Part shown: piece after piece, positions 13,454-26,360 of the stretch | Layout: each line of letters begins with the position of its first letter | Position numbering within the stretch: the stretch's first letter is position 1 | Origin: Octopus bimaculoides | Lineage: Eukaryota | Reading direction: 5' to 3' | NCBI RefSeq assembly: GCF_001194135.2 | Contig: NC_068984.1 | Span: 120,516,647 to 120,575,865, forward strand | Length of the DNA: 59,219 bases | The notes under the pieces: model-generated | What the model was told of the DNA's origin: nothing | The model's input: the letters and a program-made list of their open reading frames with translations, nothing else | Database searches by the model: none | Translations under genes and position numbers: made by a program

Positions 13454-13793
13454 CCATGGTTCTTAACTGGGGCCCATATGGTCCCTGAGGGTCCATATAA
13501 GATTTTTGGTGGTTCATGTAACAAAATAGTAAATTGGGAATCCACAATAGTATTTTAAGGGCCCCTGAAAAAAATTTTTCTCTAGATGTATGTATTTCTA
13601 GAAACAGCAAGGTTTCTTTCTCTAAAATTTTACATAGCTCAACCTACACAAGTTAATGTGAGAAAAACAAAATAGGAATTTTGAAAGATGTTTCTATAAA
13701 ACTGGTTTTTAAACATCGAAAGGCTATGGGGGTCCTTTAGAATAAAATAGTAACCAAAGGAGTCCATTGATAAAAAATGGTTGAGAAGCCCTG
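13454..13793. mobile_element. hAT-type MITE (340 bp)
   Basis: Ends ccatggttcttaac / gttgagaagccctg. 8-bp TSD atctaagg / atctaagc (7/8). Confidence 0.8.
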
Positions 13794-15531
13794 ATCTAAG
13801 CCAACCCAATAAAGGTGGCATTTAAATAATAGCAGGTGAACACCTAGGGGTCACTACCTAGGTGATCTTGGCTCTTTCCTTAGTATATCGGAAATGAATG
13901 GGCTGGACCACCTGTTTGACAGGAGTTCTTTTGAAGATTTCTCCTGCTATCTGTTCCCTCCATATTATGTTTCCACTTTCACTTACTACTGTCTTGAGCT
14001 GATAATGTGTGAGAATTACATTTAGATTATGACTATCTGACATATAAACTGCTATTTAGACTTTAAGTCAAAAAGGTAATCTAGTTGATTGACCAAATGG
14101 AATGCATATTGGTGACACTGACACAAGCTCTGTGGTTGAGTAGAAATGGTTCTAATTCAAGCAGTGGTAAGTACGATAGAAACTGGAGGCAGGGCTGGTG
14201 CTAGGATATTCTGTACCCTAGGTCAGTCCTTCAATGCATGCCCCTTCTGAAAGCTCAACAGTGTATTCTCTCTACTGCAGCCATTTATTCTGCACCACTT
14301 TCAACAACTTTATCACTAGAGATTCCTCCAGTTGTCATTCTGTTTACTTGACACCTTAGGCAAGTGTCCTCTACTACAACCTCAGGCTGACCTAGGCCTT
14401 GTGAATGGATTTGGTAGGCTGCCTGTTATATATCATCATCTTCATCATGTGCCGTCTGTTTTTCTTAATGTCATGGGTAGGACAGTTTGACTAGAACTAG
14501 TAAGTCAGAAAACTGCTCCAAGCTTTGCCTTTATTTATTTTTTTTTTTTGTCGTTGTTTCTATTGTTGGATGCTTTTATATTACCCCAGCAGCAGTGAGG
14601 TCACTGAGTGCAGTGTATTGGGTGCTTTTTATGTAGCACCAACAGCAATGAAGTCATCAAATGACTTGCCGGACAAGACCCCCCCTCTACAGGGAGGGGT
14701 GAAGTAGTAGTATTGAAGGACAGACAGATGTCTTGCATTAGAAGAGTGTAGAGAAAGATGATGAAAATGTGACAGAGATGGGGTAGGGGGCTGGACGTCT
14801 AAGTTACAGGGTGGTGTCTATAGTGAAGTGGACCAGGGATTGGAGAGGGTAGGTAGGTGGGGGAGTTCACAAGATTTCAAAAGGAGAGTGAGAACTAGAG
14901 GGAGTGGTGGGGGAAAGGGAAGGGATTAAACAGGTCTGTGTGTGTGTGTGTGTTTTACTATCTTCATGCCTTGACTTTGTGTGTTTAGTTGTAAACGAAT
15001 GTCAGCATCATACAAAGATGGAGTCTTTTGTTTCTAGTCTTCTATAAAAGCATGTTTGGCCATTGGGAGATATTACCTTACTTGGAAACAGGTGAGGGTT
15101 GACAACAGAAAGGGCATCTGATCGTAAAAAAAATCTGCCTTAACAAATTCCATCCCATGCAAGAATGGAAAAGTGCACGTTAAAATGATGATGGTGGTGG
15201 TGATGACGATGATGATGATGATTGAGTAAATCTGTTATCTGATAAAATTTGAAATTTAAGCCAAATCATGCGATCGCCTCACCGACAGCCATCATCTGTT
15301 CTGAGAGTGACCTCCCCTATTCCCTTTCTAACTGAGATTTTGTGATTTCAGTTGCATTAAGAAGTTTGGTATAGTTGTTCAGAATTTGGGCAGAGTTCCT
15401 AGATTTTAAGATCTTAAACAACCACCAAATTGCTCTAATGTGTAATGCTAACCCTGACTGATCAGTACAAAATTTTTAAATACTAAAAAAATAATACTGC
15501 CCATCATACGTTAAGCATTGATTAATTTTAG

Positions 15532-15582
15532 GTTCCTGTGAATAAATTCAGACCAGACATGGGCAGCGGTTTCCATAATCAG
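15532..15582 (+). CDS. Candidate 51-nt cassette exon (VPVNKFRPDMGSGFHNQ)
   Basis: aattttag| ... CAG|GTGAGA, phase 0/0, 17 open codons. Confidence 0.35.
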
Positions 15583-17132
15583 GTGAGATGTGCTTCAAAA
15601 ACAATTCAAGATAACTTTTTGGTTAGGTGTACTATGCAGAAAGTCTGTGACATATTTAGATCATGATGTATGTGTAATCTGAACAAATGTATACAAGTGA
15701 AGAGTTGTTTCCCTTGTTGCGGTTTTTTCTTTCTTTTTCTGAGATTTCATTTAAGATTTGTATTTTTTTTTTTATTGTATCATTAGTGGTGAGTTGTAGC
15801 CTAAAGACTTATGGCATATTTTTCTCTTCTTCCCTCATTAAATCACTGTTTTTAATGTTTATATAACTGTATATATAATCATAGTTCTCTGCTTGATATA
15901 CTCTATTAACTTTCTGCATTTATATAGCACATTAGAAGCAAATAATATTCTTTACCAGCAAACAAAATTTTAGGTATCCTGATATCTTTATCAGGAGCAA
16001 TTGAGCAATTGATTGCTCTTTTTTTCAACATTGTTTATGTGTTCAAAAATAATTATCTTTATTCAGTAGCTGGTTAAAATAATATATGAAGTTTGTAAAG
16101 GATATTCAGTTTGTTTTAAGGAATAATGACTTCTAAATTAATTACACCTGTTTGGTTTAAATTGTCAGCATATTTAAAGATATTTGGAGGTGTCTTTTGT
16201 TTTGCTACATTCACTTTGCTTCTGTTCTGCATTAGGTATTTTAGTGTAAATTTGAAATATTTACCTAAGAAAAGATATTCCACTGTGAGATAACATAATT
16301 ACTTCAACTTTGCTGTGAGTCTTGTTTAACCCTGAGTCAACCCTAATTGAGCTGACCTATAATGAAAGACATTCTAGTCATGACCACCACATCTTTTATC
16401 CTTTTGGTTTTTACAAGCTGTGAATGACATTATCCTATGTGTCCTTTCTTCACTTAAAATTGTTGGGTGTTATTCGAAGGAAATTTGGCTATTTCTAGCT
16501 ATTCAAGTAACTATATAGAGGCTTTGTCATTGATATTTGTAAGAGTTTATATTCCTTATAGACTGTTATAGAGAGGTAATAAAAAGGGAGATAATGTTGC
16601 AAACCCTCCCTAATAATCAATCGATACACAACTGAATGTTTTAGATAAACCATAGCCTCAACAGAGCGTGTAATTAGTCTTTGTTTCTGGTCAATTACGC
16701 CTGTATATTACTGGTATTTGATGATTTTAATGAGATAATGATTGGGAGCAATGTTTCTTCTAAAAAAAATTTCTGTGAGTGTGCACAAAAATTTACCAGT
16801 GAGCAAACTCAGTCTTTCTTTGCAAAATATGTGTACAATAATCATCACTTGAATTTGTTCAGTTAAAAAGAAAATTCAATTTCATCCTGCAAACTTTGAG
16901 TGTACACATTTAAAAAAAAATTTTGCGTGCAAGTTATGAAATGTGTGAAGGTGTACAAATGCACAGTTTATAGAGTACCCTGACTGAAATAAGGAATACA
17001 TTCATCCTCTGATATATGCATAGGTATCTTAAGATACTTGACTACTCGAAAAGAAATGAGTGAATTGATGTATGAGATATTTCATATGAAATAGTAATAT
17101 AGTTTGTTTTCCTTTTTGCTTTTAACTTCTAG

Positions 17133-17214
17133 GTCAAAATCATCAACAAGAAGGAGAAATACGATGCAGTTCAAAGTAGGGTTGGTTCAAAGGATAACAT
17201 CACACACAGACCAG
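17133..17214 (+). CDS. MAPT: Tau-like exon carrying R2 (VKIINKKEKYDAVQSRVGSKDNITHRPG)
   Basis: Acceptor ttttaacttctag|, donor CCAG|GTATGA, 82 nt, phase 0 to 1. Same length and phase as human MAPT exon 11. Confidence 0.95.
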
Positions 17215-18382
17215 GTATGATATATATATATGTACATAATGATGTACATATACATACACTCATATTATTATTATCAGTATTTCATATACATGCAACAGAT
17301 TAAACTGTTGGAAAAGAAGAATTCCTAAGATCAGGTAACCTTAGATGCCAAAAACCTTCCTAAGTATCCTAGCTGTCCCTAATAACAGTTTTCTGGAGCT
17401 GTACTAAACTGGGTTTTGTGTTTATTTCCTCTATCCATCTGTTCAAATCTTTAGGGATAGTTCCTAATGCACCTATACAGGTGCATTGTTGTTATCATCA
17501 TCATCATGATCATTATTTTTAAGGTGGCAAGGTGGCAGAATCATTAGCATGCCTGGCAAAATGCTTAGTAGCATTTTGTCTGTTTCTATGTTCTTCTGAG
17601 TTCAAATTCCATCAATGTCAGTTTTGACTTCCAACCTTTCAAGGGTGATAAAATAAGTACCAGTTATGCACTGAAGTCAATTAATTGACTAACCTCTCCC
17701 ACAAGTTCCAGGCCTTAATCGTATATACTTATGCATGTATGAAAACATGGTACTGAAATCTGATTTCTTAATTGAGAGATTAAATACATAGTTGACCCTC
17801 AAAATTGATGGCCTAAAACCCTGCAATGGACCAGCATCTCATGTTGTGATCTCGATCACTTATAGGCTATAGAAATCAAGGCTCAAAAAAAAAAATGTAT
17901 AACAAATGTTTAACAAATATTTATTTATTGTAACTTTAATTTCTTAATCTTTTGAACTACTGCTCCTCTGTAGAGCAGTTTTTCCTCCATCTGTACTTTG
18001 TGTAGAAATTTTATGGAACATTTTAAAAAAATAGAAATTGGCAACCAAAATTTTTTTCTAAATATATGTCTCTGTCATGCAAGTGGTGTCCTTCATTTCC
18101 ATTTTTCTGTGAAATATATCTGGCCAATGGGAAATATTGCCTTGTTTAGAAGCAAGTGAGGATTGGTGACAGGAAAGGCATCTGGCCATAGAAAACCTGT
18201 CTCAACAAAACTCCATTTGGCCCTTGGAAAAGTGGATGTTAAAATGATGATTTTTAGAAAATGTAAAATTAGTTAACTGATATTAAGAAATGTATTTTTT
18301 TAAAATTTTTTTTATTGTGCTAATTTTAGAAAATTCTTTTATATTGTGCTAACTTTATTAAATTCATGTATTTAAATTTCAG

Positions 18383-18495
18383 GAGGTGGAAATATAAAAA
18401 TTGAAAACAAACGATTGTCTTATCTAGAAACTGCTAAACCAAAGGTGGGCTCTTTGGATAAAGTCGATCATAAACCTGGTGGTGGAGATAAAAAG
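18383..18495 (+). CDS. MAPT: Tau-like exon ending R2 and carrying R3 (GGNIKIENKRLSYLETAKPKVGSLDKVDHKPGGGDKK)
   Basis: Acceptor tttaaatttcag|, donor AAG|GTTAGC, 113 nt, phase 1 to 0. Same length and phase as human MAPT exon 12. Confidence 0.95.
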
Positions 18496-19734
18496 GTTAG
18501 CTTTACACTACATTTGCATAAATTTTTTTTTGTTTCTTTGTATTCTCCATCAAAACAGATATTTCTATTTCAGCTATTTAACTATGGCCTGTTGTCATTA
18601 TGAACTGCATTAACATTCTGGTAAAAACTAAAATTAAATTATATATTACATCAAAACTCTAGCTTTGATTTCAGATTTAGGCAGCCGTAAACAAGCAAAA
18701 AATATTAGTTATCATTATAGATTTTTTAATTTCATTTAGAAAATGGTATTGGCACTATGAAGTAAGGTTCTATAATTGAAAAAAAAAAAAAAATTAAAAA
18801 TTAAAAAAAAGGAGCTGGTTTGCTTTCCAAAAGGCAGCACTGAATTGTTGACTGTAATTCCTATTTTACAGCAGGTAATTATTAACTAATTGTTCTGAGC
18901 ATTATAATTTACTAATTAATTTGTTAATTTGATTTAGAAACTGTGTCATTTAGTTGGCTCCACATTCCTTCTTTTAGTTAATCAAAACTTCCAACATTAA
19001 AATAATCATCAGTTAAGCATTATTTTTAAATATAATCGTTTTCAATCTTTTTATTGCTAAAAAATCTTTTGGATTGCTATTTTTATCATTATGCTACTTT
19101 CTTTAATTATGTTATAGAAGTTTCTAATTGCTTTCAGTTAAGATAACTTTAACATATTTTAGAATATGTTTCTCTTGTTATTCAGAATTTCACGGGTGTT
19201 GAGAGTTTTATAACAAGATGCTCCATTTCATAATAAGTCCTCCATCTGTTATTTATCTATTAGGAGATTAATTTTCTATTGGATATCTAAATTAGTATTA
19301 GGCTTGTACTCAATAGCTTCATAGCCAGTTATCCAGATGAGTTGCAGCCAAGCTTGATGCTACTCAACTTATCAATTCTATTTCACTCATATCATTTCAG
19401 AATGACAACTTTTACCCTTATATTTCTTACATTTTAGTCATTGTTAGTCAGATCATTACTATTTTATATTCTTTTTCACAATTAGCATTGCATTTAAATC
19501 TTTAACACATGCCAGTGTGGTGGCATGTGTTAAGGTGGTGGACTGTGTTATGGTCATTAGAATCTTGGACAAAAGCCATATATTTTTAATTCTTCTTGCT
19601 CGTTACATTCTGAATTCAAACCCTGCTTTGGTCAGTTTTACTTTCATCCTTTTGGGATTAATGAAATAAATTACCAATCAAGTACTAGGGTTGAGTTAAT
19701 TGGCCACTAAATTTCTGGCTTTTGCCCATGTTAG

Positions 19735-20400
19735 AAACAATGGATCTATTTCAAAATGGGGGCACCAGTATTTTCTTAATGAAACACTAACGAAACACTT
19801 TGAAACTTGGGACACTGGTAGAATGTGTCATATAAAACATCTTTTACTCTTAGTCTTCTTAACAAAAAAACGTACATCGCAAGTTATTCCATGTTAAAGT
19901 TGTCATATTTCTGTAATTTCAACCAATCACTGACGTCTATTCAGCTCAATAGAGTTACTGCTGGGCGGTCATAAAAATGTTATTCCCTGTGACATATTTC
20001 ATCCGGTTTAATCGTAATTTATACGCATATATTGTTTATATAATAATTACGCTGTGCGTATCTATGTGTGTAACAATTTTAGAGTTCGGATTCTAGAGTT
20101 AGGGTTAGTTTTAGGGTTAGGGTTAACAGTCTAGTTAGGGTTAGGGTTAGGGGATTAATACGATATACACCATTACAGCGCTAACTGTTTTCAACTGAAT
20201 AGACGTCAGTGATTAGTAGAAATTATCGAAATAAGACAATTTTTTACATGAAATAAATTTGAATACAAAATTTTTTTTCTGTTCTATAACACAAAATAGA
20301 TAAGTATACGAAGTTTGAAAGTCTTTCGGTACCAAAAACACTACATAAAACATAAATGAAAACTGGTGCCCCCGTTTTGAAATAGATCCGAAACAATATT
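19735..20400. mobile_element. Outer inverted-repeat element enclosing the TTAGGG MITE
   Basis: ggatctatttcaaaatgggggcaccag (~19742) versus ctggtgccccgttttgaaatagatcc (~20363-20388). Confidence 0.65.
19884..20256. mobile_element. MITE with ~75-bp TIRs and internal (TTAGGG)n tract (20099-20152)
   Basis: aatcactgacgtctattcag / ctgaatagacgtcagtgatt and flanking arms are reverse complements. Confidence 0.8.
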
Positions 20401-20635
20401 TGTTATCATCGATTAGAGGAGTTAACCAAATTTCAATGATACTTCTGAGGTTGAGATAATCTTTAATCCATGTAGGTTTAGTTAGCTCTTTTGAAGACAG
20501 GAAATTAAAACCCCCTTCAAAAAACAGTATGAGGCATTTTGGTACAGACATTTTGGTGCCACTTATTTGGTGTTACTGATTCAGTACTGATTTATTTGAC
20601 ATCAGACGTTTTAATGTTTCCCTTATTATCTTTCA

Positions 20636-20677
<42 letters not shown>

Positions 20678-21846
20678 CATATGTGTATATTTCTGTGTGT
20701 TTGCTCCAACAACCAAAAAAGTACTGTTGCCAAAACAGGCCAAATGACCACTCAGTTGTGCTAAATCATCTGCATCCAAGCTGTTGTGTCAAGTCATCTT
20801 ATTGTAGTGACAGGAAAGGTATCCAGTTGTAAAACAATTCCTTAATAAAATGTAACACTCTTAACCCAAGCTATGTTTGAAAAATGGATGCAAAATGAGA
20901 ACAAACAAATGATGTGTATGTGAGAGAGAAAGAGCAGGGGAGTGGGAAAGAGAAAGAAAGAGATAGATAGATAAATAGATGGAGAGAGGGGTGTGAAGCT
21001 TTTGTTGAAAAATATTTTTTTGTGTTGCTGCTATTGTTGCATTGGAAATTGGCAAAACTGCTTGAGGATGCTTTTATTCATACAATTAAGAATTCTCTTA
21101 GTTTTCTTAAGGAATTCATTTGGTTATATTGACATTGTTGATATTTATTCTAAAAGTTGTATTTTAAGAATAAAAATTCATACATAATTTTAAATTTTCA
21201 CATATATTCTAAACATTACTGCTCATAGTGAAATGGTTGACTAAAAGGCAGCTTTGTTTTGTGTTGTTAATTTTAATTCATATAGATGTCTATATACACA
21301 TTAGTGTGTACACACACAAATATATGTGTATGTATTTATATATAGATGTATATAGTGTCCAACAGTGCCAATTGGTGCCTTCAATGTCCAAAGGTGCCAA
21401 TTGAAGCACCGTATGTAAGTGTTAGTATATGCTTTGAATTTTGAAATGTTCTAGCTGAATCTTATTTTTATTTAATTTCTCTTAGTTGACATATATCCTT
21501 TTTGACATTTCCAATGCTTAGAAGTTCAATCATAAGGGATTATATATGTTTTGTCTATTTGAATGGAGTCAACATAAATTTGAAGTTTTATAAAGTTATC
21601 TTGCATTGCATGTTTATTTCTTAAGTTGATTGTGTTTCAAATAATGATATCTGACGAAGTGAATGAACAATATGAGTTTTATTTCATTTAATTGCATATG
21701 CTACATATATTGTATATATTGTATATCTATATATGTGGTATGGTATGAAATAAAAGAAACAAAAATCCATTCATTTACTGAAATGATTGTAACATCTCTT
21801 TGAATTTCTTTTTACCTGATTTAAATTATTATTATGATTATTATTA

Positions 21847-21883
<37 letters not shown>

Positions 21884-22012
21884 TACATACATTCCTATAT
21901 ACATACATGCATGTATGTTTATATATATATATATATATATACTGGGGTAAGCACATAAATGTGCAACAAGGTGGAAAAAAGAGTACTCAAATACCAAAGG
22001 TAGAGTAATATG

Positions 22013-22167
22013 CTTTATTTAAAAGCAGCAGAAATATAACAAAAGACTGTTACTCGGAGTTTAACGTTCCCGTTCATTGGACATTTCTAACTAAACTGTC
22101 TGATGAATGGGAACGTGAAACTCCGAGTAACAGTTTTTTGTTATATTTCTGCTGCTTTTAAATAAAG
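22013..22167. repeat. 71-bp near-perfect inverted repeat with 13-nt loop (inverted Penelope pLTR-like pair)
   Basis: 22013-22083 is the reverse complement of 22097-22167 with 5 mismatches. Confidence 0.9.
22093..22136 (+). ncRNA. Minimal type-I hammerhead ribozyme motif (Penelope-like element type)
   Basis: Stem I AAACTGT/ACAGTTT, core CTGATGA, stem II ATG-GGAA-CGT, GAAAC, near-palindromic stem III ACTC-C-GAGT, GTA cleavage triplet (after 22129). Confidence 0.75.
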
Positions 22168-23276
22168 NNNNNNNNNNNNNNNNNNNNNNNNNNNNNNNNN
22201 NNNNNNNNNNNNNNNNNNNNNNNNNNNNNNNNNNNNNNNNNNNNNNNNNNNNNNNNNNNNNNNNNNNNNNNNNNNNNNNNNNNNNNNNNNNNNNNNNNNN
22301 NNNNNNNNNNNNNNNNNNNNNNNNNNNNNNNNNNNNNNNNNNNNNNNNNNNNNNNNNNNNNNNNNNNNNNNNNNNNNNNNNNNNNNNNNNNNNNNNNNNN
22401 NNNNNNNNNNNNNNNNNNNNNNNNNNNNNNNNNNNNNNNNNNNNNNNNNNNNNNNNNNNNNNNNNNNNNNNNNNNNNNNNNNNNNNNNNNNNNNNNNNNN
22501 NNNNNNNNNNNNNNNNNNNNNNNNNNNNNNNNNNNNNNNNNNNNNNNNNNNNNNNNNNNNNNNNNNNNNNNNNNNNNNGTTTATTACTGTTCTTATTTTA
22601 ACTCGTGTCCATTGCCTGGAAATCTTCCACCACACATCTGTGACCTCTTCAGCAACTCTTTCTGGCCACTTAGTGGACTAAGCAGAGCAGGAGCACACAA
22701 GGATAGAAAGTGTTGCTGAAGAAGTCACAGATGTGTGATGAAAGATTTCCAGACAATGGACATGAGTTAAAATAAGAACAGTAATAAACGAGGGAAGAAT
22801 GAATATATAGTGCATGTGTTTATTTGGCAATAATAAAAAGTAAATAACCATCGCAAAATACAACAATATCTGTTTCATTAGACGACGTATGAGGGTCTGA
22901 CAATTTCTTACTGAAACAACCACACATGATGATTTGTTTATAGTGATCAAATCATTGTGTACACATAAGGTCACTCCCTGTACAGTTGCAATGGGTGCCA
23001 CATGTTGTGACAAAATGATCGCAGAGCAATGTGAAATGAAGTGCTTTGCTCAAGAACACAATACCCAATCTGGGAATCGAATCCACGATCTCACAATCAT
23101 GAGTGCAACACCCTAACCACTAAGCCATGCACCTTCACATGTATGTATATATATATGTGTGTGTGTGTGTAACCCATGCTAGCATGGAAGTCGGACGTTA
23201 AACAATGATGATATATGTATATACACACACAAATATATATATATATATATATACACACACAAAAATATATATATAC

Positions 23277-23323
<47 letters not shown>

Positions 23324-24852
23324 NNNNNNNNNNNNNNNNNNNNNNNNNNNNNNNNNNNNNNNNNNNNNNNNNNNNNNNNNNNNNNNNNNNNNNNNNNNNN
23401 NNNNNNNNNNNNNNNNNNNNNNNNNNNNNNNNNNNNNNNNNNNNNNNNNNNNNNNNNNNNNNNNNNNNNNNNNNNNNNNNNNNNNNNNNNNNNNNNNNNN
23501 NNNNNNNNNNNNNNNNNNNNNNNNNNNNNNNNNNNNNNNNNNNNNNNNNNNNNNNNNNNNNNNNNNNNNNNNNNNNNNNNNNNNNNNNNNNNNNNNNNNN
23601 NNNNNNNNNNNNNNNNNNNNNNNNNNNNNNNNNNNNNNNNNNNNNNNNNNNNNNNNNNNNNNNNNNNNNNNNNNNNNNNNNNNNNNNNNNNNNNNNNNNN
23701 NNNNNNNNNNNNNNNNNNNNNNNNNNNNNNNNNNNNNNNNNNNNNNNNNNNNNNNNNNNNNNNNNNNNNNNNNNNNNNNNNNNNNNNNNNNNNNNNNNNN
23801 NNNNNNNNNNNNNNNNNNNNNNNNNNNNNNNNNNNNNNNNNNNNNNNNNNNNNNNNNNNNNNNNNNNNNNNNNNNNNNNNNNNNNNNNNNNNNNNNNNNN
23901 NNNNNNNNNNNNNNNNNNNNNNNNNNNNNNNNNNNNNNNNNNNNNNNNNNNNNNNNNNNNNNNNNNNNNNNNNNNNNNNNNNNNNNNNNNNNNNNNNNNN
24001 NNNNNNNNNNNNNNNNNNNNNNNNNNNNNNNNNNNNNNNNNNNNNNNNNNNNNNNNNNNNNNNNNNNNNNNNNNNNNNNNNNNNNNNNNNNNNNNNNNNN
24101 NNNNNNNNNNNNNNNNNNNNNNNNNNNNNNNNNNNNNNNNNNNNNNNNNNNNNNNNNNNNNNNNNNNNNNNNNNNNNNNNNNNNNNNNNNNNNNNNNNNN
24201 NNNNNNNNNNNCACACACAAATATATATATATATATATATTTCATAGTTAGCTTTGACAGACTTCAGCCATGTCCCTGCTGTATTCTTGGGATATTCTTT
24301 TGTTTGTAAAATTGCGTTGCATCTGATGGTTATGGTTTTTTTTTTTTTTTTTGTAATGAAGTCATGTTCTCATTCTTCTATTAAAAAATGCGTGAGAAAC
24401 AGCTGTAATTAACTGACAATTAACCATCGTCTGTTATTGTTCATTTGATTATAATATACCGAGAGGATTTATGACTTATTGCACACCCTAGAGTATACCA
24501 ACAATGTACAATTCAATGTAACACATACTTTAGGCCAGCCGCTAGGTGCTAAATGCTCATAAGATTGGTTTTTCTTTGTGTACACAACCGGAATATCCTA
24601 CTTACTAACCATAGGCCGGAACCACAGGTTTATCCAGCCCTACCTGGTGTATATCTTTTCAAGAACCTGATTCTATCTGGTAGGGGTGGAACAGTTCGAC
24701 AAGAATCGGCCAGGCAGAAGCCTGCACCAGACTTCGGTAACTGTTTTGGCTGGATTTTTACAGCTGGATGCCCTTCCTAACACCAACCACTCTGCAGAAT
24801 GGATATATATACACACGCACACACACACATATATATATATAAGATATTTATA

Positions 24853-24887
<35 letters not shown>

Positions 24888-25182
24888 AGCATCTGCACTG
24901 CTAAAAATAGGAGTCAAAAATACTTCTGTGTCACGGAATAGTCACAAAATTAATACAAGCATGATCGGAAAAAATTCCAGTGAACAATAAAATCGTCTTA
25001 CCTTTGCTAGGTCAGCAAAAGTAATGTTGGTTAGTTTGATGTCATGATTTCAAATTTAGCACCAAATGGTGCCTGATTCTCGTCAGCCAAACCTGCCAGC
25101 CAACATGCACACACACACACACACACATGCATACGCACATATATTTGTGAATATCATTGTTTTATTTTATTACATTCACCAG

Positions 25183-25272
25183 ATCTTAGATGATAAACTG
25201 GAATGGACTGTTCAACCTAAAGTGGGTTCAAAGGTCAATATTACCCACAAACCTGGTGGTGGAGATAAAAAG
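25183..25272 (+). CDS. MAPT: Tau-like 90-nt repeat exon R4 (ILDDKLEWTVQPKVGSKVNITHKPGGGDKK)
   Basis: Acceptor tacattcaccag|, donor AAG|GTAAGA, 30 codons, phase 0/0. KVGS and PGGG motifs. Confidence 0.93.
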
Positions 25273-25544
25273 GTAAGATTCTGTTGATTTACTGTGTTGC
25301 ATTTCTTTTATTTTGGCGCTATTCTTGATAAATAATTCCTTGCTTTCACAATACTATTAATCCTGAATTGCTGTAATTCCGTATGTTACATGTACTGAAA
25401 AAAATGGAAACATACATCTAGTGCTGCTGAGAATATGATTCACAATTTAATAAAATATACTGAATTTATTAAAATCTTAAGGTTGTGATTGAAGTTATAC
25501 AAATATAATAATAGTAATTTTTCTTTTATCTTTTATTATTTTCT

Positions 25545-26360
25545 ATTATTTACTTGTTTCAATCATTATACTGTGGCTACGTTGAGGCACCATCTAAAAG
25601 AGTTTAGTCAAACAAATCAACCCTATCTTTTATTTCTAAGTCTAATTACTTATTTTATCTGTCTTTTTTGCCAAACTGTTAAGTTATGAGAATGTAGTCA
25701 AACCTATAGTAGTTGTGGAGGAGTAGTGGGAAACAAATACAAAGACACACATACATATGTACATACAAACACACACACAGGCGATGGGCTTCTGCACAGT
25801 TTCCGTGTATCAAATTCACCTACAAAGCATTGGAAGACATGCCTACCCAAAGTGCCACATAGTTGGAATGAATCTGAAACCAAGCAAGGTTCTTAACCAC
25901 ACAGCCATATGTGTTGTTTTCTTTTCTTACTTTTAGGTACAGGCATGGCTGTGTGGTAAGATGCCTGCTTCCCAACTACATGTTTCCAGGTTCAGTCCCA
26001 CTGCTTGGTACCTTGGGCAAATGTCTGCCACTATAGCTTCGGGCTGACCAAAGCTTTGCGAGTGGATTTAGTAGACAGAAACTGAAAGAAGCCCATTGTA
26101 TATATTATTTGTGTGTGTGTGTGTGTGTGTGTTTGTTTCTCATTGTGTCTGTGTTTGTCCCCCACAGCTGTTTGTCGACTAGTGTAGGTGTGTTTATGTC
26201 CCTGTAACTTAGTGGTTCGGCAAAAGAGTCTGATAGAATAAATACCAGGCTTAAAAAGAAAAAATAAGTACTAGGGTCAATCCATTTGACTAAAAATTCT
26301 TCAAAGTAGTGCCCCAGCATGGCCACAGCTGAATGACTGAAATGAGTAAAAGATAAAAGA
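25545..26360. mobile_element. Two head-to-head copies of a second SINE family (minus 25545-25910, plus 25942-26360)
   Basis: ggcatggctgtgtggtaag..ggttcagtccc..ccttgggcaa..gaagccc and the 3' tail align in reverse complement with the left copy. Partial copies at ~5860-6010, ~13310-13400, ~14330-14420 and ~48860-49010. Confidence 0.8.

Noticed and set aside
17299-17334. 36-nt AG/GT-bounded segment between the 82- and 113-nt exons
   Set aside because: In the required phase it reads G|AT TAA, an immediate stop.
20099-20152. TTAGGG tract as a true telomere or fusion site
   Set aside because: Short, interrupted and enclosed by MITE terminal inverted repeats.
25937-25955. ttttag|..GTGTG|gtaaga 19-nt pseudo-exon
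   Set aside because: It is the head of a SINE, is not a multiple of 3, and has no evidence of exonisation.
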